From: Nautiliaceae bacterium
GTDB lineage: Bacteria > Campylobacterota > Campylobacteria > Campylobacterales > Nautiliaceae
Length of the DNA: 55,108 bases
Assembly (NCBI GenBank): GCA_027063595.1
Contig: JAMORJ010000128.1
Location: forward strand, 1 to 55,108
Direction: 5' to 3'
Part shown: positions 52,950 through 55,108 of the stretch, piece after piece
How positions within the stretch are numbered: the first letter of the stretch is position 1
Layout of the letters: every line of letters starts with the position of its first letter
Notes under the pieces: model-generated
Told to the model about the DNA's origin: nothing
Seen by the model: the letters and a program-made list of their open reading frames with translations, nothing else
The model's database searches: none
Position numbers and translations under genes: made by a program

Positions 52950-53894
52950 TTAAAACCTTTGTCTTTCAAAATCTATTCCCATAATACCCGTTGGTTTAAA
53001 CAATAATACAAAAATTAACAAAATAAAAGCAAACGCATCTTTCCATCCACCAAGTTCAGGAAAAAATCCAGGAATAGCAACTTCAACAAAACCTAAAATA
53101 AAACCGCCAATTACAGCCCCTGTTACGCTTCCAATTCCTCCAACTACAGCCGCAGCAAAAGCTTTAAGACCAACTAAAATTCCCATATAAGGATCAATAC
53201 TTGGATAAGCCATGGCATAAGAAATACCTCCAATAGCCGCAAGAGCCGACCCTAAAGCAAAAACAAAAGCAATAATTTTATTCGAATTGGCTCCCATAAG
53301 TTTTACAGTTTGAATATCAAAAGCAAGAGCTCTAATAGCAATACCTACTTTTGTTTTATACAAAATAAACAATACAACCCCTAACAGCAACAACGTCATA
53401 ATCGGAACGATAATCGTTAAAATAGGAATAGTTACATTTCCAATGTGAATAATTTGAGAAAACCACTTTGGAAAATAAAAGCTTTGATAATTTCCCCCAA
53501 AAAATTGATTAGATATTACGTTAAAAAGGCTTTCTAAAAAAAACGAAATACCAATTGCCGTAATTAAAAGAGAAATTTTGGGAGCATCTTTATCAAGAAG
53601 AGGCTTATAAGCTACCACATAAGTCATTACTCCAACTAACGATGTAAAAAATATCGAAAGACCGCAAGCCGTTAAAAATATAGGCATTGTAATATTAGTA
53701 AAAGTCCAGTTAGTAAGCATACCCACAAAAATAAACGTTAAAAACGCACCCACCATCATAATATCGCCATGAGCAAAGTTAATAAGCCTAAGTACCCCAT
53801 ATACTAAAGTATATCCAATAGCAATTAAAGCATACATACTACCAAGAGAAAAGCCATTAACTATTTGCTGGATTACAAAACTAAAATCCATCAT
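52950..53894 (-). CDS. livH: branched-chain amino acid ABC transporter permease LivH
   Basis: GSMYALIAIGYTLVYGVLRLINFAHG, KAFAAAVVGGIGS; start could be 53891, 53894 or 53900. Confidence 0.94.
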   Translation of the reverse strand: MMDFSFVIQQIVNGFSLGSMYALIAIGYTLVYGVLRLINFAHGDIMMVGAFLTFIFVGMLTNWTFTNITMPIFLTACGLSIFFTSLVGVMTYVVAYKPLLDKDAPKISLLITAIGISFFLESLFNVISNQFFGGNYQSFYFPKWFSQIIHIGNVTIPILTIIVPIMTLLLLGVVLFILYKTKVGIAIRALAFDIQTVKLMGANSNKIIAFVFALGSALAAIGGISYAMAYPSIDPYMGILVGLKAFAAAVVGGIGSVTGAVIGGFILGFVEVAIPGFFPELGGWKDAFAFILLIFVLLFKPTGIMGIDFERQRF

Positions 53895-53916
53895 TAGCAC
53901 CTTAAACTTTTTATTT

Positions 53917-53922
53917 ATTATA
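53917..53922 (-). promoter_or_regulatory. candidate internal -10 box upstream of livH-livM-thiG
   Basis: TATAAT on the minus strand about 22 bp upstream of the livH ATG, after the pyrimidine tract that follows livK. Confidence 0.45.
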
Positions 53923-53960
53923 GCTTAATTTGTAAAAAAAGAAGAGAAAAAGAAGAAAAA

Positions 53961-55100
53961 TTAAGGTTTTATGAGTTCAACAAATTGAGTTTTTCCATCT
54001 ACGATTTTTTCGATAACCGCTGGTTTATTAATTGGGTTTCCTGTTTTTGGATCAATTGTTAAATATCCAGTTACTGCTTCTAAATTTTTAGTGTGTCTAA
54101 TAGCATTATTTACACATTGTTTAAATTGAAGATTGTTTTTAGTATTTGCTGGAGTATCGCATTGTTTAATTGCGTTATAAATTAAAAGATATCCATCCGC
54201 TCCAGTAGCTGCAAACGCACTTGGAAGTCTTCCATAAGTTGCTTTAAAATCTTTAATAAATTCTTTTGCCAATTTAGTTGGAGCTTTAGCAGCATCAAAG
54301 TGATCCGTATACATTACACCATCCGCCGCTTTTCCAGCAAGTTTTTTAAGAAGTGCAGGATCAGCTATACCATCTCCTCCCATTACAGGCGCTTTTACTC
54401 CAGCAGCTCTAAGTTGTCTTAAGAAGAGTCCTTCTTCAGGAGCGTAAATTGGAGTATAAATAAATTCAGGATTTAATCTCTTAATTTGAGCAACTTGTGC
54501 GTTAAAATCCTTATCTCCAGAATTAATATAAAGAACTTTTAAAATTTTTCCTCCACCTTTCTTATAAGCCTTCATAAACGCTTTTGCAAGTCCAACAGAA
54601 TAATCTTGTTTCATATCAAACACAACTACTGCATTTTTTAAATTATGCTTTAGCGCATATTTTGCAGCAACAGTTCCTTGAAAATCATCCGTAAAACATG
54701 CACGAGTTATATATTTACTTCCTTGAGTAACTCTTGGGTTTGTCGCAATTTGAGTAACAGTTGGAGTTTTAGTAGCTTCGGCAAATCTTTTAATAGCAAG
54801 AGACATAGAAGATGCCAAAGGTCCTTCAATAGCTACAACTTTTTCTCCGCTTGCAAGTCTTTTATAACCATTTACGGTTTGAATTTTATCAAATTGATTA
54901 TCAACCACTACCAATTTAATAGTATCTCCATTTGGAAGTTTATTGTATTTTTGATGGATAAGTTTAATTCCATCAAGAGTCTTTTGCCCAAATGCAGCAA
55001 TTGGTCCAGTTAATGGCTGAAGCACACCTACTTTAATTTCCTTTGCAAAAAGAGTAGATGCAACTAAAGCACTAAGTCCTAATGCCACTACCTTTTTCAT
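53961..55100 (-). CDS. branched-chain amino acid ABC transporter substrate-binding protein (LivJ/LivK family)
   Basis: Signal peptide, IKVGVLQPLTGPIAAFG, ATNPRVT, RACFTDDFQG, DYSVGL, DFNAQV. Confidence 0.93.
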   Translation of the reverse strand: MKKVVALGLSALVASTLFAKEIKVGVLQPLTGPIAAFGQKTLDGIKLIHQKYNKLPNGDTIKLVVVDNQFDKIQTVNGYKRLASGEKVVAIEGPLASSMSLAIKRFAEATKTPTVTQIATNPRVTQGSKYITRACFTDDFQGTVAAKYALKHNLKNAVVVFDMKQDYSVGLAKAFMKAYKKGGGKILKVLYINSGDKDFNAQVAQIKRLNPEFIYTPIYAPEEGLFLRQLRAAGVKAPVMGGDGIADPALLKKLAGKAADGVMYTDHFDAAKAPTKLAKEFIKDFKATYGRLPSAFAATGADGYLLIYNAIKQCDTPANTKNNLQFKQCVNNAIRHTKNLEAVTGYLTIDPKTGNPINKPAVIEKIVDGKTQFVELIKP

Positions 55101-55108
55101 TTTGCTCT

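Overview
AT-rich, gene-dense chromosomal core region of a Campylobacterota (Epsilonproteobacteria) bacterium. Gene order and protein style suggest a thermophilic Nautiliaceae-type organism (inference). About 55 protein genes, mostly on the minus strand, encode housekeeping functions: carB/carA, purM, trpS, der, leuA, pssA, two psd genes, ftsH, prmA, cheY, hisAH, pglG-like, maf, a two-component pair, alaS, bioF/bioB, PBP1A, gltX, topA, nspC, moeA-moaE-moaD, mqnA, aroC-rnc-rnhA, pckA, thiG and livKHM. There is also an SOR-like/cytochrome bd oxygen-defence block and a four-tRNA cluster (Gly-GCC, Cys-GCA, Leu-TAA, Ser-TGA). I found no mobile element, prophage or CRISPR array, and no large novel multi-gene system that I can support. 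The best leads are small-scale: (1) an outer-membrane beta-barrel gene frameshifted at a T8 tract; (2) an unlisted 58-aa two-helix membrane ORF coupled to carA that ends inside a perfect 18-bp palindrome; (3) a cyd operon flanked by two small membrane proteins, one with a signal-peptide-like leader; (4) a recurring, mostly hairpin-poor CTTC(T)7-8A motif just after stop codons; (5) a putative 4Fe-4S TrpRS; (6) thiG sitting where livGF normally are; (7) several proteins with unexplained domains. Family assignments come from motif recognition and memory, not from database searches.
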